64,000 nt of DNA, from assembly GCA_965649765.1 (NCBI GenBank), contig OZ287751.1:84320001-84384000 (forward strand), in the 5' to 3' direction. A program made the translations under genes and the position numbers. The stretch is from Bispira polyomma. Its lineage: Eukaryota. The notes under the pieces were generated by a model that did not search any database, was not told where the DNA came from, and saw only the letters and a list, made by a program, of their open reading frames with translations. Numbering within the stretch: the stretch's first letter is position 1; each line of letters opens with the position of its first letter. Shown in pieces: positions 39,558 to 53,294 of this stretch.

Positions 39558-41283
39558 ATGCCTCTTAAAGTGATAACTAAAAAGGGAAAGGGGAAGGGGA
39601 AGAAGAAGGGAGAGACTGAGGAACTTCTTCTGTCTTAAGAACCCATGTTTCTGGAAGAAACTGAGGTGGCTGGGTCTGTGAAAAATATTCCAGAAGCCAT
39701 TATCACAACTGAGACTAGTGGCACCACTTAACCAGAAGGTACACCAGGGACAGGGACAGTCACAACTAAGGGAGGAGCCATCATTGTCACTACAGATACT
39801 GAAACCACTCTGGTGAAGGAGACATTTGCCTCAGGAAGTGTGGACCCGTACCTCACCAATCCCTTCCAGGGTATGATGAGGAGGAGGATGAATATGAGGG
39901 GGCCAGCAAGAAGCCAAAGGTCACTGACCAAATGTCAGAAAAGCAAAAGCAGCAATTGGTGGACTTCTTTACGGTACAGCCTTTGTTCAATGACCGGTCG
40001 CTGCGAGACTTCAAGAACAGGGCCCAGAAGCCTCTGGTGCTGGTTAAACAAGAAGATATTTTGGGGCTCACCAGATAGTTGCATTTATATCTAATTCAAA
40101 TTGTGATTGCATATATTTCAGGTTTATATTGGGCTTAGATTATAATGTGTGTAGTTTTAAGAAGGTTGTCAAAAGTCAAATGTTGTGTAATTATGTAATT
40201 CAGTTCAGCTTTAAAATATCAAATTACCGTCCATAAATTTTTTTCATATAATTTTGTTATCCAACTTGTTGCTAGTAATAACTTAAATTGATGTATAATT
40301 AAAATTGTGGCTGCATGTATTTCAGCTTTACATTGGGTTTAGATTGTATTTAATTTTTAGAAAGTTGTGAAATGTCAAATATTAATTAAAATTGTGGCTG
40401 CATGTATTTCAGCTTTACATTGGGTTTAGATTGTATTTAATTTTTAGAAAGTTGTGAAATGTCAAATATTATTCTTCAGGTTCTTGCTGGTAATAACTTA
40501 CATTAATGTATAATAAATACCTAATTACAAGTGTAACTGCATGTGTTTTAGCTTAATAGTATTATTGGATTGACCAGTAACCAGTAATTGTGTATTATAA
40601 CGTTTTGTTTACAGGCCAGAGCTATTGCTGTGACTGGGTTTATTATGTACTTATCCAAATATTTACCCAATACTTACTATTGTACTTAACAGCTGTACTT
40701 GTACCTTTTCATTAGGTTATCGGATTAACATGTGGTTCCAGTCCATGAGGACTATATATATGGAAAGCTAAAAAAGAAAACAAAGTCCAGACAGGCAAAC
40801 AAGGCTCCAACTGTGTGACAAAGATGGACACTAGCATCATTCAAATTCCAAGAGGCGTATCTGGTGGACCATTCTGAGAGTTCAAGGCTGGGGCTTCTGC
40901 CTCCCCTGCCAAACATTGATGACTTGGATGACGATATCTCCAAGCTAGCCACAGCTCCTTATTTTGACGTCAGGGCGGAGTCAAGTCCAATGCACCCCAA
41001 CCTTTCCGATTCCAGCCATGCTGGTCAGACCGGCCCCAGCCAGTGCAGAGCTGCCCAGGGTTCAAGACCAAGGCCACCAAAGGCTACTGGCCAGAGGGTG
41101 GACGATGCCATAATACAGCTGGCAGACCATTTTGCCATCTCTGAACGCAACGATCTGGACAGCTACCAAGGCCAAAGGATACCTCAAACTCAGCCTACTC
41201 AAACGACTAAGGCCGGCAGTGCAGTTGTGGTGACATATATCCTCTTGACTGACCAAAGTAGTGGTGGCCACGCACAACAGTAG
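39558..41283 (+). pseudogene. Myb/SANT (MADF) DNA-binding protein of Harbinger B, 2 exons, disrupted
   Basis: Basic N-terminus MPLKVITKKGKGKGKKKG; MSEKQKQQLVDFFTVQPLFNDRSLRDFKNR; exon 2 from 40716 reads MWFQSMRTIYGKLKKKTKSRQA..*QRWTLASFKF. Confidence 0.82.
40297..40470 (+). repeat. Exact direct duplication (about 87 bp) in the MADF intron
   Basis: AATTAAAATTGTGGCTGCATG...GTCAAATATT occurs twice in tandem. Confidence 0.9.
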
Positions 41284-41504
41284 AGGGGGGACATCGTTGG
41301 TGATAGTGTGACTGTTATGGGGTTGGGGGGGGGGGGGGGCGTAGTTGAAACTATGTTCTTTGGGCATGTGACAATTCTGACTGTGACCTATGCATGTATG
41401 TTATATTTAAGTGGATGTTATTTGTTAACTAAATTAATTTTATGTTATTTACAGGCTTTTTATACTTGACATAAATTAATGGATTCAAAATTTACCTTTA
41501 TGAA

Positions 41505-41730
41505 ATCAAATTGAACATTTCAAAATTTAACTTGAACATTTTGAACATGACCTTTGGTGTATAACTTGAATGTTTCCAACTTGAACTTTGGTGTATAACT
41601 TGAACATTTTGAACTTGACCTTTGGTGTATAACTTGAATATTTTGAAATTGACTTTTGGTGTATAACTTGAAACATTTTGAAATTGACCTTTGGTGTATA
41701 ATGTGAACATTTTGGATTCAATCTTGACCT
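41505..41730 (+). repeat. 34-bp minisatellite
   Basis: AACTTGAACATTTTGAACTTGACCTTTGGTGTAT, about 6 copies. Confidence 0.9.
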
Positions 41731-41799
41731 TTTGGAGATTGATTTTGTGGCTGTGCTAAGCTTATAGTTAGCCCTGGTCTTACAGACTTAGTCCACATT

Positions 41800-42058
41800 A
41801 AATTTATTGTTTAGAAATCAGACAAGGTCAAGCTCATACTCTTAAGGTCAGCACAAATGTTGACTTCAATTAAGAAATGTTGTGAAGTGTGAAGCTTATG
41901 GTTTACCACAAGATTTATTATTTGGAAATCAGACAAGGTCAAGCTCATACTCTTAAGGTCATCACAAATCCCAACTTCAAACAATAAATGTTGTAAAGTA
42001 TCATGCTTAAGGTTTACCACAACATTTATTATTTGAAATTCACATAAGGTCAAGCTCA
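41800..42058 (+). repeat. Tandem repeat, about 110 bp, just over 2 copies
   Basis: GAAATCAGACAAGGTCAAGCTCATACTCTTAAGGTCA recurs at 41814, 41925 and 42034. Confidence 0.85.
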
Positions 42059-42062
42059 GCGT

Positions 42063-42886
42063 CTACTGTGGTAGTAATGTCCTAATGTCCTGAACATCAT
42101 CTGGAAGTGGCTCAGCTGGTGGTAGACCCAGTGTGTTATTGTCCAGTTTTGTTTTCAGGTCCGAGTTGTTGTAGATGGAATAATTCAATGTTGAACCGTT
42201 GCCACCGATGTTTACAAAGATGAACCGGTAATCGACCACACCAAGCAGGAAGAAGAAGCCTGTGTAGTTGTAATACACCGAGCCAGAGTTCTTAGGAGCC
42301 TTGATTGCAATGTGTTTTCCGTTGATTGCACCCACAGCATAAGGAAAGTTCCATTTGGTTGCAAATCTGTCACTCACTGCACGCCAGGCATCTGGAGTTG
42401 TGGGTAGATTCACCAACTCAGCACTGTATTCTTCCAATATGGCCTTGCATGTCTCTTTCACAAAAACAGAAATGCTGTTGTGGGGCACTCTGAAGGCATA
42501 TCTCAGGCTGTGGTAGCTGTTACCCGATGCTGGATACCTCAATGTGATGGCCAACTTCATACCAGGCTGTAGGGGAGGCCTCCAGTTGGTGTCCTTTTTG
42601 GCCAGGCGGGGGGGGGGGGGGGGTTATCCTGTCCTGCAACTCTCGGAACACAGCTGGCTCCATCCTCAGGTAGTTCACCATGTGATTTTATCTCCAGCTC
42701 CACCATAAGGTTGCCATAGTCACCAAACTGCAGGCGCCTGCTGATCCAGGGCCTCACCCAGTACTGCCTGTCCCTTTTTCGCCTCCTCCTCCTGAGGTAG
42801 GCCAACAACACTAGGCCTGCTGCCTGCTGCCGATGCCATCTCGCCGCCATGATTTGACCTACTGCTGCTGGACCAAAAAATGCCAT
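42063..42886 (-). pseudogene. Harbinger DDE transposase, family B, frameshifted, C-terminal half deleted
   Basis: YWVRPWISRR, KLAITLRYPASG, WNFPYAVGAINGKHIAI, YYNY.GFF and VDYRF. Confidence 0.92.
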
Positions 42887-43699
42887 TATAATATTTTATG
42901 CATTTACTATCTAACTACTATCTATCTAGTATCTATAACTACTATGTTTACTGCTCAATAATCAATAATGATTTCATACTGACAGCTATAGCATTGCTAC
43001 CCCTACCAATATCCTACCTATTGCCACTCCTATCAATATGCTCCCCGAGGGATGGCAAAACGTTGACTAGTCTTTGCCGACAATCGCACAGAGGTATTGG
43101 AAAGTCGCCGATCATCACACAACCGATCTCTACAGATCGCCAGAGTGGTAGGCAACTGGTGGCCTACCCCAAAAAGCTGAATTTATGTGTGACTGCTACA
43201 AAAAAATCAATCACCAGTGATCGGCCATTTTTTTTCGATTTACAGCTCGCAGCAGCTCTGCAACCGGTTGGTACGTCTGTGTGACTGGGGCTTTACATAG
43301 TAAATATATGCAGTTAATTTGTGATAATAATTTAGAGGGATTAAAAAACTATCATGTAGGAGATATTCCAGTATAATGGAAGAAGCACTGACATTCAGGT
43401 TAACCTTTAACAGTAACCAAAGTTATGTTTTTAATTCGCCCCGAAAGGCACCAACTATTTCACAATCAACAAAAAATTGTTTTTTTAAATTCAACGCAGA
43501 AGACACAGTTGGGATTAGAACCTATCTCTCCTTTTACTAATTGAGCATTTGTTCACAATGTTCTGCTGAAAATTCGATATTGGAGTCAGATTTCCACCTA
43601 TTTTCACTTTTTTCTGTTTTTTAATTTTCTTCCCAGAATGAGTGGTATTTAAGCATGTTATTGTAGTAATTGTTCAAAACCTTATAGAAATTTTTTTTT

Positions 43700-46600
43700 T
43701 CATTTTTATTTCTTTTAATGTTCCCTTTTTAATAATTATTTTGCAGGCAAGTGTAGGAAACGGGATTAAAAAACTACACTGACCTGTTACAATTAACATA
43801 TAGTTTACTATCACATAGTATATTTATAATAAAATGTAACCACATTTATCACTACTTATCAATGTATCAAAAAAAAACCAAAAAAAACCAAACACCTTAA
43901 TACTATTATTATTCCATTAATACTTTCCATCTATCCCATATTTTACTGAAATGAGCAAAATTTGATTTTATCTTAGCAAGCATTTCCTGCTCTTTATATA
44001 TACATTTAAATACCCTTTGTAAAATACAAAAATACATTTTTTTATTTAATTTAGCATATTGAAGAAGGTAGTATTTTGTCGCTAATATTATTGTATTAAC
44101 TGGTATAAAGTTTTGATCAAAAGGGATAGCCCATTATAATAAAGTAGTCAATAAAAGTGATTCTTATGTTCAAAAAATTTTAAATCCAGCTTATTATATG
44201 GTTCCATATTTCATTTGACACATTACATTTTGCAAACATATGGATAATTAATTTTTCTTCTAAATTACATAGTCTACCATTTGCACTTGCCGAAATGTTT
44301 ATCTGTTTCAGAAAACGTCTAACTCCTATACAACGTATTAGTTTACGGTATTCCAGCCAAATTAAAGCATTATCTATCACAGTTTTAAAACAAATTCTGT
44401 ATGCAAACTTTATATAAAGCTCTACTACCCTTATTATTTTTAGAAAAAATTCTTATATGAGACGGATGGACTGGCCTCAGAAAGTGGCTTTCATTGTCAT
44501 TATTTTTTAATGTATTTAAATACTTATTTACCAAAGATTTAATTCTATAATACTCCAGATAGTTCACTTTTATCAAGTCAAATTTAGCTTTTATGTCTTC
44601 AAAATTTAGTACCTTTCTTGACTCCAGGTCCACTATATCCCCTTTGTAAATTACATTCTTTTCAAACCAATGTGGGAAGAATAGAGGAGTACTTGTTAAT
44701 CTATGGTTCTACCAGAGAGGACTGGATAATCCTTCCTCAAAGGTTTCAGGGTTCAGTAGGTAACATAGTGATAACCAAGTATATGTATAACATTTGTCCA
44801 AAATGGATTTTTTACATCTGCAACTACTTTTTGAAGCCGTTGTAAACCCATCTGACATATATTATCAGTATGCATTACAGAGCTTTCAAGTAATTTTACT
44901 GAGTTTGCCTCTGAATCAAAAATTACTCTGTTCACCCAGGTGGCCTTTATTGCCTTGATATAATTTTGTAAGTTTACAATATTTAAACCACCAACCGAAT
45001 AGTATTGGGTACATTGAATTCTGCTAACCTTGTCAGACTTATTATCCCATATAAAGTTGAAAATTACCTTAGTTATTCTCTCTATTAATTTAATATCTGG
45101 TGTTGGAAGTGACATAAATAGATGGTTTACTTTATTTAGAACAAAAGTTTTGACAATTGATATCTTACCCAGTGGAGTCAAACTCCGTTTTTTCCAGTTT
45201 ATCAGGGTTTTTCCTATTTCTTGCAGACATTTAGTGAAATGTATAGATGTAATATCCATTAAATCTACTGACAATTCCAGTCCTAATAATTGGAAAGTAT
45301 CCATATCCTAACACAAAGTTTTGCCTACATAAGTTTTTTCTTACATTTTCATTTTTTTTTTCGATCCAAATCAGTTTTGTTTTCTTAGTATTAATCTTCA
45401 AGCCGGATAAGGAACCAAATACTTCTAATTTATTTAAAGCAGCCAACAGAGAGCCCTAAATTAATCAAGAAACAATGTAGTGTCATCAGCAAACTGTGTC
45501 AACTTATATTCATATTCGTCAATAAATATGCCCTTAATATTGTTATCATTTTGTATTAATTTGCACAGAACCTCGGCACAAATAATAAAAAGATAAGGTG
45601 AGATTGGATCTCCTTGGCGACAGCCTCTCTGTATTTGAAAAAATTCTAAAAGCCACCCGCACTGTATAATAGCTGCACTGATATTATGATTAAATAAATT
45701 GATCCATTTTATTATATCTTGACCAAAGTTAAAGAGTTTAAAGACCTTATTAATAAATTTCTAAGAGATTGAGTCAATAGCCTTTTCAAAATCTATGACC
45801 ATCAACAATCCATTTTTCTTGTTTACTTCACAATGGTGCATTAGATCGTAAACTAGTCTAGTACTTTCCCCAATAAATTTTCCCTTAACAAACCCTGTTT
45901 GAGTATTTGAAATAATGGTGGTCAATATTTTAATTCTATTTGCAATACATGCCAATGCGAGCTTATATATTACACAAAGAAGTGATATTGACCTCCAATT
46001 TTTTAAAAACTGCCGTGGTTATTATACATTGTCCAAGGGAAAGTGACAATTCTCTTGTCTCAAAACTATAATTCAGACTTTGCCAGATAAAATATTTCAT
46101 CTGGCAAAAGACTTTTAAAAACTCGGCATCAATGCTTGGTGTCTTATTGTTCTTCATTTTGAAAAGAGCTTCTGATAGTTCCATCAAGGTGATTTCCCCC
46201 TCTAGAGCTAAATTTTGATTATCATCTAATTTATTCAGTTTTGCATCTTTAAGCAGTGATTCAAGGTCAATGTGAGCTAGGTTTGAATCTCTATTGCTAA
46301 ACAAATTTCTGTAAAAGTTTTTGACCTCTACTAATATGCCCTTTTGGTCAAGTAAGGTCACATTAGTTTGTACTTGTGTTATAGTTTTTTCCAGAAATTT
46401 TTTGTTTTCCAGGGAACAGAAGTATCTAGTTGACCTTTCACCTTCAGATAACCATTGCCATCCTTGACCTTACAATATGACCATTTAGTTGAGTTTCTCT
46501 CTATTCTGTTAACTCATGCTTTTTTCCCCTAAAAGTTCCTGATTATCAGTGCTATGAGTACATTCATTAACTCCTGGTCTGGTATTTGTTCAAGATTATC

Positions 46601-47500
46601 ATATTTATAAACTGGAACTGCATATCAAGCTTTCTCTTCTTCTATTACTTATTAATTAGGCTCATATAATCCTCATTTTTCAACAGGCTTACATTAACTT
46701 TCCAGATACCCCTTCCTTTTTAAAATTTGTTCAGAATTAAGTTCAGTTCTAAAATTGAATGGTCAGTTCTTTACCCTGGTAAAATATCAGATTTATGAAT
46801 TATATCAGTTTTTAACACATTTAATACCAAAAAATAATCAAGCCTCGCCTGTTTTAAGGGGTTCTTTTTCCTCCAAATGTATTGCCTCTTGTTCGGATGA
46901 TTTAACCTATAACATTCAGTTAACCAAAAAGTTTGAATCATCTCCAACACAGCCCTACATAACTTTGGGTTGTTGATGCTCGTGTAGTTCATACAATCTT
47001 TTTGTGGATGAAGCACTAAGTTAAAATCTCCAAATACAACTGTATATTGCTCATCATTTCATTCAATAAATCCAGCCACCTGCCTAAAAAATTCAGGGGA
47101 GTCCATATTTGGAGCATATAGGCTTGTGAAACGCATTGAAAATGTGCTTAATTTTAAATCCATGACAAGTGGATTTCCTTTTGTATCCTTGAACATTCAA
47201 AGTTATTGTTAATCAAAATTGCAACTCCTCTGCTATTTGTATTATAGCCGTTAAGTATACATTCACCATTCCAGATAGATCGAACCATCTTTTCATCTTT
47301 TTGTACCAAATGTGTGTCCTGAAGGCAAATTACACTCGGGTGTAAGTCTTTTAAGTATTGTAAAACATCTATTCTTTTTTTTTTATCTTGTAAGCCTTGA
47401 CAGTTTACTGATAACACCTTCACTGTATCAAAATGACCTCTAATAGGGCTCTGAGCTGACCGCTTCACACAATTCAAAGTAAGACTAAATACAATTACTG
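43700..47500 (-). mobile_element. Tx1/L1-group LINE, near-complete decayed ORF2
   Basis: APE SVNCQGL, ICLQDTH, GDFNL and KQARLDYFL; RT QTGFVKG.FIGE, DFEKA.DSIS, GCRQGDPISPYLF and QFADDTT; W..RSLTPLGKI; T-rich (minus-strand poly-A) end near 43690-43730. Confidence 0.92.
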
Positions 47501-47779
47501 AACTACATTCATATGAATAGGTTACTGTTATATTGATCATTTTAACAACAAATACAGCCTCTAAACAGTAAACTTGCATAACTATGTGAATAAAACGGTT
47601 CTTTTTCATTTGTTTCAAGAAATCATATCCTATACACAATGTACAAAAAAATAAAAAAATATAAAGCCAAAAAATAAAGTGATTCATCAGAGTTACTGGC
47701 TGATCAAGTGTAAGCCAGAGATACATAACATGGTCTTGTGGGTTTGTCAAAAACATACAAATGTAAAAAAAATTAAGTT

Positions 47780-48852
47780 TTTTTTTATTATTACTATTAG
47801 TTTGTGATAGCTACCATCTTCTACATATTCAACATAATTATCACACACTTGTAGAAATCTTGACAGCCTTTTTGGATTTTTGTATAAGTCCAATTTGGTT
47901 TGGGATGTATGATTTTAATCTAGCTAAGCATTGTTCCATATTGAACTTTCTCAAATTTATCTTTATAGACTTCATAACTCCATAATAATCTGAAAAAAAA
48001 GTTTTTAAGTTGTAATGATTTGACAACTGATGTAATGACATGAAGTTACCATTATTAATAATTAAATCAAATTATAATGCCTTTGTTAACCCAAGTTGGC
48101 AGAAACAATTTAGGCGTATGTAAACTACAATTAAACCATAATGGCTGACAGATTTCCATCTGTACATCTGAAAGTGGCATATTTTTCAACATGCATCCCC
48201 ATGAAAATAAAACATCCTTTCACAAATTGTTGGTCGTTTTTAATGAAATATTTTTGGTATAGTGTGGGCCAAGAAAAAATATTTTTTAAAAAAAAATTTA
48301 TGCAGTAACATGTGATCTTCACCAATGGTGCTTCATTGTTTCTGTATAATCTACATATACATGTATAAATGTGGTCAAATTTATCATTTTTAAACCACCA
48401 CTAAAATATTCTCTTGTTAGTTTCACTCTATTTTATCTAGCTTATTATCCAAAATAAAAAGGAAAAAAAATCTGTTTTTTCAAATTTTTCTGTATGTGGG
48501 CTTTGTAAGATAATAAATAGATCATACAGTGCAAAGGTTTTTATTACAGTAATTTTACTGATAGTTGTTAAGTAGAGATGGCTCCATTTGTTTAATAGTA
48601 TTTCGATATCTTGATCTATAATATCATCTAGATCTAATGAGAACTTTATTGCCAGAAGAGTAAAATCGTTTTCACCCCATATAAAGTCTTTATCAGTATC
48701 AAATTTCATTCTTAAGTTTCCTATTTACAAATCTATATCAGCTTAGCTTTGTCTGTGTTAACCCTTAGACCAGATGCTGATCCAAATACGTCAAATGTAT
48801 TCAGAGCAGCTAAAATTATTCCATCTAATTTAAAGTAGTATCATCAGCAAAC
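47780..48852 (-). mobile_element. Tx1/L1-group LINE fragment, 3' part (continues at 58881-59270)
   Basis: QFADD at the 48840-48855 junction, SGLRVNTDK and W....LT..SKITVIKTF. Confidence 0.8.
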
Positions 48853-50160
48853 TGTAACAAACAGGGTCCTCAAAAACAAATTTCCGAGATTTCTGAAACA
48901 GACGTTTTTAGTATTTTTCCAAACATTTAAACTTGGGGTTTTAGACGTCGCCATCCCCTTTCCAGATGTAAACAAACAACTTCATGTAAAAAGATAGTGG
49001 AAAGAAATAGAGAGATAGAGAGTTTGGCGGCTATGGGACGCACAGTGAGATACATCATAGCCAATAGGTGTCTTGCTAGGGGAGATAGCAGATCTAACCT
49101 GGAAGGCATAGTGCATTACATCCAATAGATAAGGAGATCAAGGATCACATGGGCAACCCAAGCTGTGAATTATAGGGCCATGTTTTCTCTTTGTTCTCAT
49201 CCTCACTCGCTATTTGGTGGGTAGGTTTGGGAAGAACAACCTGGTCTCATTTTTATTTATTAGGAGGGACCACTACACTGTTGGGCATACAACTGCTAGG
49301 GGGTTTGTATATCTAATCTCAAGAGACATTCCTCTGAGATGGTAGCAGCAGTCACCGTGGGCTGACCCCGGTAGTTCTGGATGGTGCATTAGTAGGTGAA
49401 TGTACTCATCCAAAAGTTGTTCATCCATTAAATTTTTCTGGTTCATTAATCACTGGGGTAGCCTGTCATTGGGCTCACTTTCCTGAGGGCCCATCCTTGG
49501 GGGTGAAAGATCACGTGTGGACTTAAAACATTGAGCAAGAGCAATGAGCAACCCTCCACATATTGCCCCAATTTATTTGGTAACTGGCTTAAGGCTTAGG
49601 GTTCGTACCACCAGGCTAGTCTTGGAAAATTATTGTACCTATATATTGTATATTATCGTGTAGTATAATATTTGATTCATGCACACCTTTCATGTTAATT
49701 TATTCCAGTGGGTACAATTAGGTCAATTGGTAAACACTACATTTTAAGTCTTGTGAGGAGTTTAAGAGTATTTCAATTAAAATGTTGATTATATATTTGA
49801 AGTATAATGTTTTAACCTCATGAATGTAAGTACATTTTAACCCTTATTGTGTTTTGTTGTATGGTGTGGGTTCCATGTGTCCTCTTTAAAATGGTTATCC
49901 TGTATGTAAATATTGCCCCATAAATACTAACCATAGAGCTCTATGGATGTGGTACAAACCACAATTCAAGACTAGGTATGTCGTATCAGGGCACAACAAG
50001 TACAGACTTGGCTCTCTCTCCACATTACTATAAGTAATCATATAGGTTTTATTATAAATTATCATATTTTATTATTCTCCTTACTAATGTAAAAGTAATC
50101 TCCTTACTAATGTAATAGTAATTACATACTATAAATTTCAGGTTTTGTTATTAATTCCAC

Positions 50161-51220
50161 TTATTGTATCCACCGATCCGGTGGATACTTTGGTTTAGCG
50201 TGCACTACGCTGCCGCCGCAGCCGCCGCAGAAAGATTTTCGCCGTTAACATTCTCAGCGAAAAACTAGACCAGCTAGGCTCACCAAATTTGCAGGATATC
50301 TTCATTGGGAGGTAAGCTTCTATGCAACTAAAATTAGCCTCATTCTGAAAAACAAAATGGCCGTCATCGGCATTTCTTTGAAAATTATCCATCTTTTTCC
50401 ACTGGCTGGTTCTCGTAACTAGAAGGTTAAATCCCTTCATAGGTGATATGTACAACACATATATATGTTCTCTATAAGCATGCAGACATTTGACCTTGAA
50501 GCTTTTCATTCAAGGCCATCTACGGAGTGCCAAAGTACACCACATAGCAAACTTTAAAAGTGCCTATATCTCCCTTATTATTGGTCCTACAGATTTGACA
50601 TGTGAAGCCTACCTATAGGAAATCATGGGCTAGGAATCTTCTGATGTGGTCAGGTTTGACCTTGGATCCCCCATTCAAGGTCAAACAAGGTATCCAAACT
50701 TAAAAGTGCTTATAACTCGCTTATTATTGGTTCTACAGGTTTGGCATGTGAAGCCTACCTATAGGAAATCATGGGCTGGGAATCTTTTGATGTGGTCAGG
50801 TTTAACCTTGGGCCCCTCATTCAAGGTCAAATAAGGTATCCAAACTTAAAAATGCTTATAACTCGCTTATTATTGGTCCTAGAGGTTTGCATTGTGAAAC
50901 AAAATTATAAGTAATCATGGGTTGGGAATCTTTTGATGTGGTCAGAATTCACCTTGGGCCTCTCCATCAAGGCCAGACGAGGGTAGTTAAACTTAAAAGT
51001 GCTTATAACTTGCTTTTTATTGGTCCTACAGGTTTCCAATGTGAAACCAACTTATAGGTAATCATGGGCTGAGGATCTTCTGATGTGGTCAGATTTGACC
51101 TTGTGCTTCTCCTTCAAGGTTAGACGAGGGTAGCCATAGCTTGAGTGCTTCCTGCCTAGGGTGCTCTGTCTTTCTGGTGGATACAAATATGCATCAGTAC
51201 TCCGATGAGCTAGGCTAATT
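50161..51220 (+). mobile_element. Non-autonomous Helentron (HINE/DINE-like) with an internal 146-bp tandem array
   Basis: 5' palindrome GTATCCACCGATCCGGTGGATAC, GCC microsatellite, about 4 core repeats (50500-51135), 3' subterminal repeat GGTGGATACA, terminal hairpin CATCAGTACTCCGATG, and T-rich flanks. Confidence 0.85.
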
Positions 51221-52171
51221 ATTACTTGAATTTAGAAAATCGTCTTGCAAATTCACTGTTTGTTTGTTTGTATGTTTCACTAAACTTATATTCTTAATTA
51301 TTGTAAGTGGTATCCTTGTATATGACTTAGGATTCTGGAATCTGTGGTTTCCCTTTTATATTTTCTTTTCTTCCTGTTTTATCTTGAATGTAAATAAGTG
51401 TCACTGTCTTCATATAATTTTCCTTGTTCAAATGATTTTAATTAAGTTTTGTCACTCACATTAATTTGAAACTTTCCTTTATTCAATGTTTTTCGTTATT
51501 CCTGGTTATTGCTTTAATTAAATTCTGGCACCTACGTTTTATTTACTAAATGTACTCACCCTTAAATGATTCCTGTATGTGTGGTTTGTGCAAATGTTTT
51601 TGTTTTAATTATATAATGTTCTTACAATTATTCCATAAATTAAAGTTTCAAAATATGCACAGTCAACGTGGCCACCCCTGAGTATTGTGCAAAGTGATAT
51701 AGACAATAGAATGAAATGCATTGGCGTATCTCTTTGGACATTTATTAAATACAAATCTACACTAACATCTATTGTTAACATAGTTAGTACATTTTACATA
51801 TTTCATTACATCACAACCGTAACCTTGCAAATTTAAGGTCACCACATATATAAACATTATACAGTTAACCTTTACCTTAGGCAAAGAAGAGGGTGACTTA
51901 AGGTCACCTTAAATTAAATTTACAATGATGATTTTTTTAAAACATTTACTTTTAGGTTTGAAGAGGGGTGACTTAGGGTCACCTTAAAATAATGTTAAGC
52001 AGATGACTTAAGGTCATCCTAAATTATATATCTGATGATTTTTACAAATAGCCACTTGTTAAGGTGACCTTAAACATTACCTTGACTTTAAGGTTAGCTT
52101 ACAAGTTTATGTTTAGGTTACCTTAATGTGTAACCTTTTAAGGTAAAGGTGAAGTTCTATTTTAAACTATA

Positions 52172-52231
52172 AGATAGAAGATGCCTAGCATCAATAAAGC
52201 GCGTTAAAAATCTATAATAATAATAATAATA
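52172..52231 (+). mobile_element. Extreme 3' stub of the (AAT)n L2 family
   Basis: GCCTAGCATCAATAAAGCGCGTTAAAAAT plus (AAT)n, matching 28055-28110. Confidence 0.85.
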
Positions 52232-52299
52232 AAAGATAGAAACTAGCTTACAAAATACTAGAACTATGTACATATTACAATGCCCAAACGCCATAGAAT

Positions 52300-53280
52300 T
52301 TTTAGTGTAATATTATTTTTTGTAGGGACTTAGCTACTGTTAAAGAGGCATTAGGAGTTGACTGCAGATAGGCCCATACTGCTGATGATCGCCAACCACC
52401 ATGAGCCATGATGGATTGCCAATCCACGTTAAACGTCAAACGCTAGAGTTGCCCCAGAACGTCTAAATGCATGAAAACCGAAGGACAATGTGCACCCCAG
52501 GGGGTTCAAGCCTAAAGAGACTATAATTTCTCTTAATACTTGCCGCACTTTGAAAGCTGTGAGGGGCACTAATTGCCTGTTGACTTTATACATAAAAACT
52601 GGAGTTTCTTTTACATTTTTGTTTATTTTAAACATTACCTTCAGTGCTGCCACGGGGCATAACACAGATGATCCTAAAGCAGGCAACTGCACCACATGAA
52701 ACTGATTATATTTTTGTAAATTCTTAGCCCACCTGAGGACAATGTGCACCCCAGGGGGGCCCCATATAAAATCTCCACACGTTAAGTGTCTTTGAGGGTT
52801 AAAGAGGGAAATACTAGTGGGGACTAAATTTGATAATCTTAAAAATCCAAAGAAAGCAGTTGCAAATAGTGCTTTATAAACGTATGCATGTGGAAAAGCA
52901 GAGGCCTGGTGAAGGATGGATTTTAGAACAGGAATGGTTATGATGCCCTTCAACCTGGGTGTATAAGGGGTAGATAACGTAAGAGATTTGAAAAATAGTT
53001 TTAGCTGTGCATGAGCAAAGACATGCACAGGAAAATTCCACAAGTAGAAATAGTACTTGACTGCTGATAAGTAGTTTTGAATTGAGGGGGGTTTGAGCCT
53101 CTGTTGTGCGAGATATTCACAGAATTGAAGGATAAACTGCAGGGACACCAGCTACACAGCTCCAATGAATACAGCAAAAGCAAGAAAAAGTCTTATACAA
53201 TTATTGTAGGCCTGCAGCGTCTTGAGAGTCATCGCTGACTCTAGCCTAGCGTTGGCTGCTTGAGATAGGAGAATTTGAAT
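52300..53280 (-). pseudogene. Tyrosine recombinase of the Ngaro-like element (frameshifts near both ends)
   Basis: SIQNYLSAV, AFFGFLRLSNL, LCPVAAL and FHAFRRSGAT, then in a shifted frame HGGWRSSAVWAYLQ. Confidence 0.93.
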
Positions 53281-53294
53281 TGGTGTACCTGAAA

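Larger units (their letters stand above)
39400..43292. mobile_element. PIF/Harbinger DNA transposon, family B (left terminus not found)
   Basis: Convergent MADF gene (+) and transposase (-). The right end GTCTGTGTGACTGGGGCT (43292) is followed by TTA. Confidence 0.85.

Noticed and set aside
40628-40645. TGTGACTGGGTTTA as the missing terminus of Harbinger B
   Set aside because: It is in the same orientation as the right end, is short, and lies within the MADF intron.
47430-47756. Hydrophobic N-terminus of ORF 47154-47756 as a membrane-anchored endonuclease
   Set aside because: T-rich noncoding sequence upstream of LINE ORF2 that happens to be open; no independent support.
52429-53148. Phage or bacterial integrase (contamination or horizontal transfer)
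   Set aside because: It is colinear with gag and RT/RNase H, so it is the normal recombinase of a DIRS-order retrotransposon.
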